A stretch of DNA of 64,000 bases from a virus. How positions within the stretch are numbered: position 1 is the stretch's first letter; every line of letters starts with the position of its first letter. A model generated the notes under the pieces. It worked only from the letters and a program-made list of their open reading frames with translations. It searched no databases and was not told the origin of the DNA. The stretch is taken from positions 113,838 to 177,837 of IMG/VR virus record IMGVR_UViG_3300045974_000283; one strand, 5' to 3'. The translations under genes were made by a program, and so were the position numbers. Shown here piece after piece: positions 17,901-26,098 of the stretch.

Positions 17901-19513
17901 GCAATCCGAACAAGATGGTCATGATCGGCATCGAAGTTTCGATGAACACGGGCTTGAACCTCCAGTTCTGCTCGCGTCTGATCCGTATGTCTACCGTGTG
18001 GACCCCCGGCGCGCTGGAACAGGGCAACGCACGGGTTCAGCGTCCGAACCTGAAGTCGGCCGAGAACCGCGCGAACGTGTTCATCGACTGGGTCGTCTGC
18101 GACCGCACGATCGACGTCACCAAGCAAGCCTACCTGCTCACCAAGGTGATGCACATCGGCAAGTTCGACGAAGCGACCAACCCACTGTTCGCGAGTGTCA
18201 ACCCGCCGCCTCTGAACAAGATGTCTCTGGCAAACATCGCCAGCTCCAACACGGCAACAGCGGTGGACGTTCAAGACGTCTATGAGACTTACGGCGAGTT
18301 CAAGCAGGCTCAGTTCGAGGACTATCGGCAGTTCCGTGAAAAGAACAAAGCAGACGCCGGTCCTGATGGTCGCCCGCAGATGCAGCGTCTGATTCCGGGT
18401 CCCAACCCGGAAGGCTCGAAGCTGATGTACCGCATCCCCTACGTCCCCGGCCTTGACCTGTTCAAGACGGAAGACTTGGGCCTCAAGCGGTATGACCATC
18501 TGCTGCGCTTGAACGAAGCCGAGCTGGCTGACGACGGTGACGATGCTGACGACGAGAAGGACGATTCGGCTACGCTGACTGAGAACCAGAAGATGCGTGG
18601 CATGGGCGTTCACACCGAGTTCGGCGAGGGCATCATCGTCCGCGTCAACAAGAAGAAGCTCCGTGTTCAACTGACGAACGGCAGCGTCGTCACGGTTCGC
18701 AAGCTGGCAGCGTTCGTCATCACGCGCAAGCAGACCAACGCCATCGACATGCGAGCTGCGATTCTGAACCAGATCGAAGGCATCCCCAACGACGCCCCGG
18801 TCTCGGTTCCTGCTCAGGGTAAGCCAAAGGTCAAGAAGGAAGCTCCGAAGGCTGAAGAGCCCAAGGCCCGCACGGCTGCTTCGATCAAGTTCGCGCTGGA
18901 GATCGTGGTCGTCAACGACTTCTTGGGTGTTCAGTTCAAGAATGCCATCAAGAACTCGGACGCGGCTGAGTATCTGGAAGGCCGGAAGTTCGGCGCTCCT
19001 CCTGAGTTCTTCTACGCTGCAATGAAGACGCCTGACGTCATGCTCAAGCAATTCACCAAGTGGAAAGACGCGGGCTTCTCGGTGGACAAGGCTTTCAGCA
19101 CTTCCTGCCATGACCTCTACGAGAACTTCATCAAACGCAAAGCTTCCCTCGGCCACATGGTCGGTCTGGCCACGAAGGCTGAGCTGACGAACTTCGTCAC
19201 CATGAAGCTGAAGCCCCAGAACAGCAAGACGCTGCTCAAGCCTTATCCGATCGTGACTGAGGAAGAAGTTCTGTTGGCTCTGCCAGCGACGGGTCACCCG
19301 GCGTCTGTCGAAGCCATCACGAAGCGCGTTCCTGGCATGGTCTGGAAGAAGGCGGCTGCTGACTCCATCCGTCAGCGGTTCTTCACGAGCCCTGACGAAC
19401 TGGCTGACGTCATGCGCGGGTTCATCAACGACGGTGTCACCATCACCAACCTCGATGAGCTCCGCAAGAATTGGGCCGCTCTGATGACGCGTCGCAAGAA
19501 GATGAAGCTGTAA
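14933..19513 (+). CDS. SNF2/SWI2-family SF2 ATPase/translocase with long N- and C-terminal extensions
   Basis: Motif I DAGGGKT, II FDEAH, III ASGT, IV KVLVFC, V NTGLNLQ, VI EQGNARVQR. Start 14933 chosen from the RBS (track start 14867). Confidence 0.9.
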   Translation: MTFSHTFHMRRPAPAAPRVPLRSSALSQRAAKLVTARSAFSDEELRPVSNLKITHKFPAGEDRSGAMKFYRGAIKYGKKNINHALWTQAGCCVMFGGVQWARPNEPQMKKKQFRYLIVGEEAIIDSAAPGLVSVKMETDGALVKMPAATFPKSHAQMAQFLPTFTAAEDPMRNIPFTENLITDGQFIPAKQLLALAKGSLAEAACRELADIPDAGIEFRSDGADWNLLVVLKFTRAQVSAMTQTDWLMVRPVDFFNMMHEWANTRMNRYGKALALFSMPLSRIAKTLPENGDPRVSEDLGIMIDEKADYWFLPKKANNITRYESEHLGQISRPDGSFSLMPLASEGDVRPTQPQSGLVLCDWTNYKMSYVNGEGRLEIKNTDRCIAALPQHYLRVLNFRLSSDFAMNVWTQSLLIAQKVLNKTYSGQAYDLSFKFIVSAILSEITSDPENEGGQHSVEDLRIQDLYVYKDRIPVLQYFWEAIEEICVYSQTSIENLYSKYAFTTISQLVATLQILTKIAPKRAELMAADRERQKAYQDRSVDPNYNIGELPLISTDPAGRAMMPHQTRVASRLRNSPPFAMIAVDAGGGKTISIISDFLKEFRDGTVKRGLIMCPPHLVAQYVKEFLYLTDSKVNVIAINTFTIKTHGIEGLRKLLLTAPPNSVVVTDYDLANSRDKVMKVCYGTQSSGVYYLVDMLRQFRFDYVAFDEAHYLKKSGAERTRSVARLTVDIPIKRLASGTMTPNSPMDIAGLAGLCDPTIFPVDDFEKTYKKETLRKGRKVMLYDTAAIRARLEQDIAFVQIKRKEWAAWLPQLVEKAHAVTLSPAQQAVYDTVLHQVMEEIQAKLASGNNTALNDLLLGVKKGEDDEDDGAPAGKKEDDDDSSPDDGVDIDSLLNPMLFRLESFSSNPAGDVYGGTILTGDDRFSPKVGKMVDIIRDHLDAGTPGKVLVFCNYNQEVDGIMEALPEDIRAMTVHYFASDKEACAAEFESNPNKMVMIGIEVSMNTGLNLQFCSRLIRMSTVWTPGALEQGNARVQRPNLKSAENRANVFIDWVVCDRTIDVTKQAYLLTKVMHIGKFDEATNPLFASVNPPPLNKMSLANIASSNTATAVDVQDVYETYGEFKQAQFEDYRQFREKNKADAGPDGRPQMQRLIPGPNPEGSKLMYRIPYVPGLDLFKTEDLGLKRYDHLLRLNEAELADDGDDADDEKDDSATLTENQKMRGMGVHTEFGEGIIVRVNKKKLRVQLTNGSVVTVRKLAAFVITRKQTNAIDMRAAILNQIEGIPNDAPVSVPAQGKPKVKKEAPKAEEPKARTAASIKFALEIVVVNDFLGVQFKNAIKNSDAAEYLEGRKFGAPPEFFYAAMKTPDVMLKQFTKWKDAGFSVDKAFSTSCHDLYENFIKRKASLGHMVGLATKAELTNFVTMKLKPQNSKTLLKPYPIVTEEEVLLALPATGHPASVEAITKRVPGMVWKKAAADSIRQRFFTSPDELADVMRGFINDGVTITNLDELRKNWAALMTRRKKMKL

Positions 19514-19519
19514 ACACAA

Positions 19520-19540
19520 CGGGGCGGATGATCCGCCCCG
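19520..19540 (+). other. GC-rich hairpin/palindrome after the SNF2 gene
   Basis: CGGGGCGGA-TGA-TCCGCCCCG, a perfect 9-bp stem with no U-tract. Confidence 0.6.
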
Positions 19541-19565
19541 TCTCCACCAACTCAGGAGAACACCC

Positions 19566-19946
19566 ATGTCTGATGAACAAGTTGAACTCAATCTCACCCA
19601 GAAGATCAAAGCGTTTCTGATTTCCACCGGAGCGGCGCAGACGCCCGGAACGGAACTCAGCGGTCACGAGGAAACGCACTTCTGCGCTCTCGTCGAACTG
19701 CGCACGGGAACCCCTGCGCACATCGTGCGCGACAACGTGGCGATCATCGAAGGCTTCATCAACTCCGGCATCGGAGCTGCGGACCCCGTCGAAGCGCCTG
19801 CGGTGGAAGCCGTGGTCGAAGAGCCGAAAGCTGCGACCACGCCGCCTGAGCCTCCCAAAGAACCCGTGGTTGACCCGGTCGCCGGCCCCGTTGTTGACCC
19901 CGTCGCTGGCACCCCTGTCGCCAGCTCCGAAGGAGCAGCAGAATGA
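19566..19946 (+). CDS. Hypothetical protein with Pro/Val-rich tail
   Basis: RBS AGGAG; PVVDPVAG repeated twice. Confidence 0.7.
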   Translation: MSDEQVELNLTQKIKAFLISTGAAQTPGTELSGHEETHFCALVELRTGTPAHIVRDNVAIIEGFINSGIGAADPVEAPAVEAVVEEPKAATTPPEPPKEPVVDPVAGPVVDPVAGTPVASSEGAAE

Positions 19947-20290
19947 CCATCTTCGCTGCGAAGCATCGGCCCGCGAAAGGCCCGTTCGTTGCGTCGATCA
20001 TCAAGAACGGGACCAACGACGAGTTCGCTTACATGAGCGTCGCTGGTCTGGCCCGTCCCGGTGCCACCAACTACGGCTATCGCTTTCAGGCCAAGGGCTC
20101 CTCGGTCGAGGTCGCTTTCACGCTCGACGATCCGATCAAGGCTACGAACCCGGCTTCTCAAGGCTCGGTGGCTTGGGAAGTAGTGTCGACAGTGGCACCC
20201 GGCACCTCAGTTCAGGTGGACTCCACTTCCGGCACCGCCTTCCGGTTCAAGTTTGTGGACCCCGGCTCCATCACGGTCTCGTCGCTGTGA
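19943..20290 (+). CDS. Small beta-rich hypothetical protein
   Basis: ATGA-coupled; beta-strand pattern. Confidence 0.65.
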   Translation: MTIFAAKHRPAKGPFVASIIKNGTNDEFAYMSVAGLARPGATNYGYRFQAKGSSVEVAFTLDDPIKATNPASQGSVAWEVVSTVAPGTSVQVDSTSGTAFRFKFVDPGSITVSSL

Positions 20291-20308
20291 TCGGCCAACT
20301 GGCTCACG

Positions 20309-20314
20309 GTTAAT
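20309..20314 (+). promoter_or_regulatory. GTTAAT putative phage promoter box
   Basis: Intergenic CGGTTAATGG, 35 nt before GTG 20344. Confidence 0.6.
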
Positions 20315-20343
20315 GGGTTCATGCCAACACTGGATTCCATACC

Positions 20344-20847
20344 GTGAGCCACCTTCTGATCTACCTCGCCCGCCTGCAAGACGCTGGATACCAAGAGCTC
20401 AACCTCAGGCTCGGAGTTCGCAAAGACCGCACCCGGACCATGACGGTCATCACGCCTCCTTCGGTCTTCAACGTGTTCTCGAAACCGAACGTGGCCCCGT
20501 CCACCCCTCGCGTCTTCAACCTTGATGGCGAGGACCCGGTCCTTCGCGCAGTGACCGATGACCTCCTGTACGATTCGGACGACCTGCCTATCACGCCAGA
20601 GGCAGTCGCTCTCGCCATCAAGGACCATCCGCATCTGAAGATCGACATCGAGGAGTTCGCGGCCGACGCCAACAAAGCGCTTGAGGCGATGAAGGCAGAC
20701 CCCAATCCTGACGACGACCCTCCGACCGCTGAGATGGAAGCAAGTGTCGCCCGTCTCACCGAGCGCGTCAAGTACATGATGAAGGGCATGGACATGGCGT
20801 CCAAGCCGGTGTTCGTTCGATCCAAACCAAAGGGCAAACCTCTGTGA
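20344..20847 (+). CDS. Hypothetical protein
   Basis: 167-aa ORF downstream of the promoter box. Confidence 0.65.
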   Translation: MSHLLIYLARLQDAGYQELNLRLGVRKDRTRTMTVITPPSVFNVFSKPNVAPSTPRVFNLDGEDPVLRAVTDDLLYDSDDLPITPEAVALAIKDHPHLKIDIEEFAADANKALEAMKADPNPDDDPPTAEMEASVARLTERVKYMMKGMDMASKPVFVRSKPKGKPL

Positions 20848-21101
20848 ACGCTGATCCTTTTGATACTGCTCAAGAGCAGGAAGCCGCCTTTACCCAAGAA
20901 GCCATGTGGAGGGCTTCCAAGGCAGCGGAAGCCCCCAAACGATTACCCAAGACCCCCGGCCTGTGTGACTTCTGCGAAGAGTCCACGCCATCCGCACTTC
21001 ACCTTTTCTGTTCCACTGACTGCCGAGACCAAGATGCCAAAGAATGCCGTATTCGATCCAGACGGGGTCTCACGAGTCAACTTCAACATCAAGATCGATG
21101 A
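20844..21101 (+). CDS. DksA/TraR-like C4 zinc-finger protein
   Basis: ADPFDTAQEQE N-terminal helix plus CDFC...FCSTDC four-Cys finger. Confidence 0.6.
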   Translation: MNADPFDTAQEQEAAFTQEAMWRASKAAEAPKRLPKTPGLCDFCEESTPSALHLFCSTDCRDQDAKECRIRSRRGLTSQLQHQDR

Positions 21102-21405
21102 TTCTATTCACGTCGAGCTGAATAACCCCGGCAAGGTGCAAGCACTGACCAACGATGTCATCGCGTTTGTCAACATCGTGGACCAGCAGACCGTCGGCAG
21201 CATCCCGGCCTACCAGACGAAGGGGTTCCGCTGCGCCGCCGCTCAGAAACATTTGGAAGCTGGCCTGCCGTTGTTCCTCTTGGCCTCCGGTTGGAACAAC
21301 GTGTCCTCGCGTATGGAAATCGACGAGGAACAGACGGTGCTGATCCATCTGAAGAATCACTGCGATTTGCTCGCCAAGTCTGCCAGCGGCTACCTGAGCC
21401 ATTGA
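21034..21405 (+). CDS. Hypothetical protein
   Basis: Open frame; start uncertain because it overlaps the previous gene. Confidence 0.45.
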   Translation: MPKNAVFDPDGVSRVNFNIKIDDSIHVELNNPGKVQALTNDVIAFVNIVDQQTVGSIPAYQTKGFRCAAAQKHLEAGLPLFLLASGWNNVSSRMEIDEEQTVLIHLKNHCDLLAKSASGYLSH

Positions 21406-21565
21406 GGCTAGAACCCGCGCCCCAAGCAAAGCCAAAACACCCCTCTTTTTCATAGGCTGGACGGTCTAAAACGAAGGGTTTTCCGCGTCTAGCAGGGTTT
21501 GCCCATACACCCGAAAATACCCTCGTTTTCCGGTGATTCCTCCTTCACCTCATAAGCGTCCCCAT

Positions 21566-22594
21566 ATGGCATTCCAACGTCACAGAGAAGTCCCGCATGT
21601 GGGAATTCTTCCCGGGTCTGCCTCGTCTATCGAACATGCTATCGACGCTGTCTACGGACATGTTCTTGACAACGGATACACTCATTCGCACACTGACCCC
21701 GAACGCACGAACCGCCTGAGGATATCCTCGTTCCCTTTCTGCGCTCGCGCTTGGTGGCTGAATCAACCAAACTCCCGCAATCGCACCCGCCGCTCCACTG
21801 GCATCGGCCAGTATTTCACCTCCGTGGGGACCGCCGTTCACCACGTTATCCAATCGTGCGCCTCCACGCTCGCTGGACCCTGCCACTCGCCCGTCGAGGA
21901 GGATCACAAGGTACATCGGTTCCCCGGCGGAGCTCTGCTCATCCAGTCTTGGAAATGCAAGAACTGCCGCGCCTCTGTCGAGTTCGGCCCTCGCCCCAAG
22001 ACCTGCGCCTACTGCAAGGAAGACGTCTTCATAGGCGACGAGACCGAGGTTGAGTTCGGCAAGTTCACGCTCGGGCATATGGACGGCACTATCGCTTTCC
22101 CGCACGAGAAGGACGCCCCGTACTCGAAGAAGTGGTTTCACATTCCGATCGACTACAAGACGTCCTCGAAGGCTGTCCTTGAAGGTGGGAAGCTGCCCTA
22201 CCCCACGAACGAGGACCAACTCCTTAGCTACGGATGCATCCTGCACCGAGACGGCTACAACGTGCCCGGCACCGTGCTCATCTACATCTGCCGCGACAAC
22301 CCGAACAACCGAAAGGTCTGCTTCTCCAAGCTCGACGTCGCCAAGCAAGAGCAGAAGATGCTCGGCTACGAAGCCACCTACAAAGCGGCTCGCAAGGTGA
22401 AGACAATCGAGGAGTTCATGGAACTCGGCCAGCGTACGAAGGACGACTTCGAGCGCTCGTGCGACTACTGCCAGTTCAAGCCCATGTGTATGAAAGAGAC
22501 GCTAGGCAAGGGCGACGACGTCATCAAGGCGCAAGCTGCGAGCGTCGTCAAGTTCCTCAACGGCCGTCGTATGTGGGACTACCCGAAGTTCTAA
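21566..22594 (+). CDS. Cas4-like PD-(D/E)xK exonuclease (solo, phage type)
   Basis: N-terminal PFC; GTAVH; GHMDG; IDYK; QLLSY; C-terminal CDYCQFKPMC (1+3 Cys Fe-S pattern); internal CKNC/CAYC ribbon. Confidence 0.85.
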   Translation: MAFQRHREVPHVGILPGSASSIEHAIDAVYGHVLDNGYTHSHTDPERTNRLRISSFPFCARAWWLNQPNSRNRTRRSTGIGQYFTSVGTAVHHVIQSCASTLAGPCHSPVEEDHKVHRFPGGALLIQSWKCKNCRASVEFGPRPKTCAYCKEDVFIGDETEVEFGKFTLGHMDGTIAFPHEKDAPYSKKWFHIPIDYKTSSKAVLEGGKLPYPTNEDQLLSYGCILHRDGYNVPGTVLIYICRDNPNNRKVCFSKLDVAKQEQKMLGYEATYKAARKVKTIEEFMELGQRTKDDFERSCDYCQFKPMCMKETLGKGDDVIKAQAASVVKFLNGRRMWDYPKF

Positions 22595-22595
22595 C

Positions 22596-22784
22596 ATGAG
22601 CACGACACCCTTCACCCGCGTCTGTCGCTACTGCCGTCAGCCAATCCGCCGCGTCTACGGGCTCATATGGCACGATGGCTCTTCCACCAAGTTTCCGCAA
22701 TACTGCCCGGTCTATGGTGGAGCGCTCTCCACCCTTCTGCACGAGCCTGCGCCTGTTAATGATGGCACGAGCAAGGAGCAATGA
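22596..22784 (+). CDS. Small hypothetical protein
   Basis: 62 aa, CRYC motif; weak support. Confidence 0.45.
   Translation: MSTTPFTRVCRYCRQPIRRVYGLIWHDGSSTKFPQYCPVYGGALSTLLHEPAPVNDGTSKEQ
22755..22760 (+). promoter_or_regulatory. GTTAAT putative phage promoter box
   Basis: GCCTGTTAATG, 26-29 nt before ATG 22781/22784. Confidence 0.5.
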
Positions 22785-23182
22785 TGTCAGTCCGAAGAGC
22801 CAAGAAAACACCGCGAACTCGCTACGAATCCAAGGCGTATCGAGGCTATCTGAAAGCGGCTGCGTATCACTCGTCGACCAGCATGTTCTTCAACTTCATG
22901 TTAGACGTGATAAAAACGTCGGGCATAACCAGAAAGCTTCTAGGCCTCGCTGGCTATGATCCATCAGTCTCTCCCCGAGAGAAGGATCCCGAACTTGAAA
23001 AGTACGACCGTCGTAAGCGCGTCTACGAGATACCGAGTCATTGGGCTACGGAACCCGTCCAGTTCTACTTCCCAGAGTACACCATCCCAATCAACCGATT
23101 CTTCGAACAGGAACCGCCGTGTCAGTCCCCGCCAAACCTCACGACCGATTCGTCCTGTGCCCCTTGTTCACCCCGCTTATGA
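22781..23182 (+). CDS. Hypothetical protein
   Basis: 133-aa ORF coupled to the previous gene. Confidence 0.55.
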   Translation: MMSVRRAKKTPRTRYESKAYRGYLKAAAYHSSTSMFFNFMLDVIKTSGITRKLLGLAGYDPSVSPREKDPELEKYDRRKRVYEIPSHWATEPVQFYFPEYTIPINRFFEQEPPCQSPPNLTTDSSCAPCSPRL

Positions 23183-23351
23183 CGGGTCCTCAGCGCCGCG
23201 CCGTCTGGTCGCGATGGGCTCATGCTCGTGGAACCGACTGGAGTAGGTGACGATCGGGACGGCCGCACCTGAGACAGCTACAAGGCTGTCGTATCTCTCC
23301 AGGAGTTCCCGACAAGAAGCGGCACCACACCATAAACCCCAAGGAGTTCCT

Positions 23352-23762
23352 ATGTCCGACATCCAAAACACCCCTCCCGTCCAACACGCATCCACCCAGA
23401 ACGCCGGATGGGCCTATCTGCTCATGAAGGTTCTTACCGAACTTCTCCCACCCACTATCGGGGCTAAAGGACCGCGCCGTCATGTCCTCTGCTTGACTGC
23501 ACCGGAAGACCTTGAGAAAGGTCCGATGGAAGTTCTCATTGCCTGCGAGGAAAGGCCCGTTGCTATCACCCTTTCTGATGAAGACTTGGTGAAGAACCCT
23601 CAAGAGCTCGCCGTCGAAATCCGCGACCTCATCATGGGTCCGGCCGAGACGGCCGAGACGCCCAAGTCGCCAGAGGCCATCGTTTGGGAGCAGGGCTACA
23701 ACGCTGCCTTCATGTACATGAACACCGACGCAACTGACATCCCTGCCAACCCTTACCTCTGA
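23352..23762 (+). CDS. Hypothetical protein
   Basis: RBS AAGGAG; ends WEQGYNAA...NPYL (Rmf/CrpP-like mini-motif). Confidence 0.65.
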   Translation: MSDIQNTPPVQHASTQNAGWAYLLMKVLTELLPPTIGAKGPRRHVLCLTAPEDLEKGPMEVLIACEERPVAITLSDEDLVKNPQELAVEIRDLIMGPAETAETPKSPEAIVWEQGYNAAFMYMNTDATDIPANPYL

Positions 23763-23767
23763 TCATC

Positions 23768-24121
23768 ATGGAAAAGATCCTTCCTCAAGAATCCATGCTC
23801 AGCGTGGTCCGCTTCGTTGGTGGCCTTCAGATCATCGGCGACGTTCGACGCCAGCTGAACGGCCTCTACATCGACAGGGCCCTGGAGATCATGGTCGCTC
23901 AGGTGCCCATGAATGGGCCGCAAGGCATCGCCGTGCAGAACATCGTTCAGTTGGTCCCGATCAGTGCGGCTGCCTCAGGCAAGGGAGAGAACATCGGTCC
24001 GTTCAAGGACGACGTCATCCTGCTCTGTAAGCCGATGCCCCGCGAAGCGCAACTCGCGCAGCAATACATGAACGCCACCACGGGACTCATCTTCGCACCG
24101 GGAATGATGCCACCACGCTGA
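23768..24121 (+). CDS. Hypothetical protein, possibly Sm-like fold
   Basis: Beta-rich; ends YMNATTGLIFAP, reminiscent of a myophage family; unverified. Confidence 0.55.
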   Translation: MEKILPQESMLSVVRFVGGLQIIGDVRRQLNGLYIDRALEIMVAQVPMNGPQGIAVQNIVQLVPISAAASGKGENIGPFKDDVILLCKPMPREAQLAQQYMNATTGLIFAPGMMPPR

Positions 24122-24144
24122 CCATCGCCATCACGGAGTCCCTC

Positions 24145-25122
24145 ATGGACAAAGTCCTCATCGCCATCGACGGCAACTGGCTCGTCCACCGCTCCCTGAG
24201 CATGTGCGCCAAGGTGCCGGAGGAAGCCCGCCCTCGCGTCGTGGCTCGTCAGCTCGTGTCGTGGGCTTACAACTACGCCGCGAAGGTTCGAGCCACGCAC
24301 GGCTTCGTCGCCTTCGACGGTGGTGACATCTTCCGCCGCAAGATCTGGCCTCTGTACAAGGCCAACCGCAAGACGCTCCTCGTCAACGGCCAACCCGTAT
24401 CCGACGAGGAGCGCGACCGCCTGATCAGCTCAGGTGCCCCAATCGAAATCCAAGACCGCCCGGATCTCTACGCCTCCATGACACTGGCGCGTGAGACCCT
24501 GCGGTCTTTTGATTTTCCTGTCCTACATCCAACACGCCTTGAGGCCGACGACGCTCTTGCCTCGGCCGCTGCACTGGCTGAGCGAACGGGTGACCTACGC
24601 CACGCCTACCTCTGCACCCGCGACAAGGACATTGTTGGCTCGATAAACGAGAAGGCTTCGCAGTGGATGCCCGGCAAAGCCGACGAAGCACCGGAGGTCG
24701 TCTCCTTGGCAAACGTAGGCGACCGTCTCGCCAGGATCGTGGGGATACGGGCCGCCAAGTGGACGCCTCGCAAGTTCCGCGAGTATCAGGTTCTGGTCGG
24801 TGACCCCACTGACTACATCCCTGAGATCATCTCGCCGGGTCAAGCGGTCAGTCTGCTGAATCGGATCAACAGTCTTGGTGATTGGCTCTACTCCGCGTCG
24901 GACGGCATCCAGTTCTGCAAGAAGCATAGCGCTGCCATCATTCGGAACCGTGAGCTTGTCATCATGGACAACACTCTCATCCCGGACTTGGCACCGCTGC
25001 GCATACCCAAGCCCCGCACTGATGTCGAGCGCCTTCACGCCCCGGCTGCTCTGGCGGCGATGCACGACTATCACAAGCTCATGGCTATCAACCCCAATCG
25101 TTCGCTCTTTGGAAAGAGGTAG
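24145..25122 (+). CDS. 5'-3' exonuclease/flap endonuclease (T5 D15/T4 RNase H/PolI N-domain family)
   Basis: IDGNWLVHR, FVAFD, FRRKIWPLYKANR, EADD, TRDKD, GDPTDYIP. Confidence 0.92.
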   Translation: MDKVLIAIDGNWLVHRSLSMCAKVPEEARPRVVARQLVSWAYNYAAKVRATHGFVAFDGGDIFRRKIWPLYKANRKTLLVNGQPVSDEERDRLISSGAPIEIQDRPDLYASMTLARETLRSFDFPVLHPTRLEADDALASAAALAERTGDLRHAYLCTRDKDIVGSINEKASQWMPGKADEAPEVVSLANVGDRLARIVGIRAAKWTPRKFREYQVLVGDPTDYIPEIISPGQAVSLLNRINSLGDWLYSASDGIQFCKKHSAAIIRNRELVIMDNTLIPDLAPLRIPKPRTDVERLHAPAALAAMHDYHKLMAINPNRSLFGKR

Positions 25123-25177
25123 ACCATGCGCGACCGCACCTTCGCTGACTTTGTTCTTTTCACCGGAATCACTCAAC

Positions 25178-26092
25178 ATGACCAAGAACGCACTGAAGAC
25201 CGTCGCTCAGCCGATCCCCTTCCCGCCCCACATGGAACAAGCGGCCTTCTGGATTCGGGAGCGGGAGAGCATCCGCCAGAAGAAGGACTCCGGCCTGCCG
25301 CCTCCGTGGACTCAAGATCCAATGATGGCGGGGACGAGATGGTGCAACGTGAGGCGGATGGACGATAAGGTCAGCAAGTGGCTTCTCGATCACTTCTACG
25401 TCAAGAACCTTCCGCCAGCTCAGATGGCCGTCGGCGCGGCACTGGCTCGCCTCATCAATCGTCCTGAGACACTCATCCGCATGTGTCCCTCAGGTTATCA
25501 AGGCTTCGACAACGCCCGGTTCCGCAAGGTGCTCCGAGCCATGAAGGCTGCGAAGGAGCAGATCTTCACCGGCGTCTACATCATCAACGGTGCGCAAGCC
25601 AACGGCCGCGACAAGTGGGAGCTCGTGCTCGACAACCTCGACGGGATGCGCCGCGCTCTCAAAGACAAGGACCTCGATCTGTCGTCCATGTCCGCAGTCC
25701 ACACAAAGCTGATGGAGACCAAGGGTCTGGGCTCTTTCTTGGCAGGTCAAGTCGTTGCTGACCTGCGACACGTTCTGCCTCAAGGTCAATGGCTCGACCG
25801 CAACACTTGGGCTCCCGTCGGTCCCGGTTCCACGAAGGGCCTCAACTACGTGTTCAACACACCCGGTGAGCGCACGACGCAAGCTCGCTTCAACGAGCTT
25901 CTCCCGATCTATGTCAAGGCGGTTAATAAGATGCCCGGCATCGCTGCCATCGCCCGCGAACGGAAGCTCGAAGCGCATGACTACCAAAATACGCTATGTG
26001 AAATTTCCAAGTGGGCGCGCCTGCGTGAAGGCGGACGTTCGAAGAACAAGTATCAAGCGAAGCCGCCCGGTGAACAGCTGACCCTTCTGTGA
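25178..26092 (+). CDS. aGPT-Pplase / 5-hmdU DNA kinase helical-domain family protein (thymine hypermodification)
   Basis: WIRERESI...PPPWTQDP....RWCNVRRMDDKVSKW; later GLGSFLAGQVVADL (HhH-like) and VGPGSTKGL, YQNTLCE. Clade assignment is from memory. Confidence 0.8.
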   Translation: MTKNALKTVAQPIPFPPHMEQAAFWIRERESIRQKKDSGLPPPWTQDPMMAGTRWCNVRRMDDKVSKWLLDHFYVKNLPPAQMAVGAALARLINRPETLIRMCPSGYQGFDNARFRKVLRAMKAAKEQIFTGVYIINGAQANGRDKWELVLDNLDGMRRALKDKDLDLSSMSAVHTKLMETKGLGSFLAGQVVADLRHVLPQGQWLDRNTWAPVGPGSTKGLNYVFNTPGERTTQARFNELLPIYVKAVNKMPGIAAIARERKLEAHDYQNTLCEISKWARLREGGRSKNKYQAKPPGEQLTLL

Positions 26093-26098
26093 GGCATC

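Noticed and set aside
19864-19911. 24-nt tandem duplication (PVVDPVAG twice)
   Set aside because: A simple in-frame linker duplication with no sign of regulatory or phase-variable function.
21566-22594. CRISPR-Cas locus suggested by the Cas4-like gene
   Set aside because: No repeat-spacer array or cas1/cas2 seen; the only long repeats (39.2-39.9 kb) are in-frame coding repeats.
25126-25368. 80-aa + strand ORF overlapping the aGPT-family gene
   Set aside because: It overlaps the motif-bearing frame by about 190 nt and has no recognisable features.
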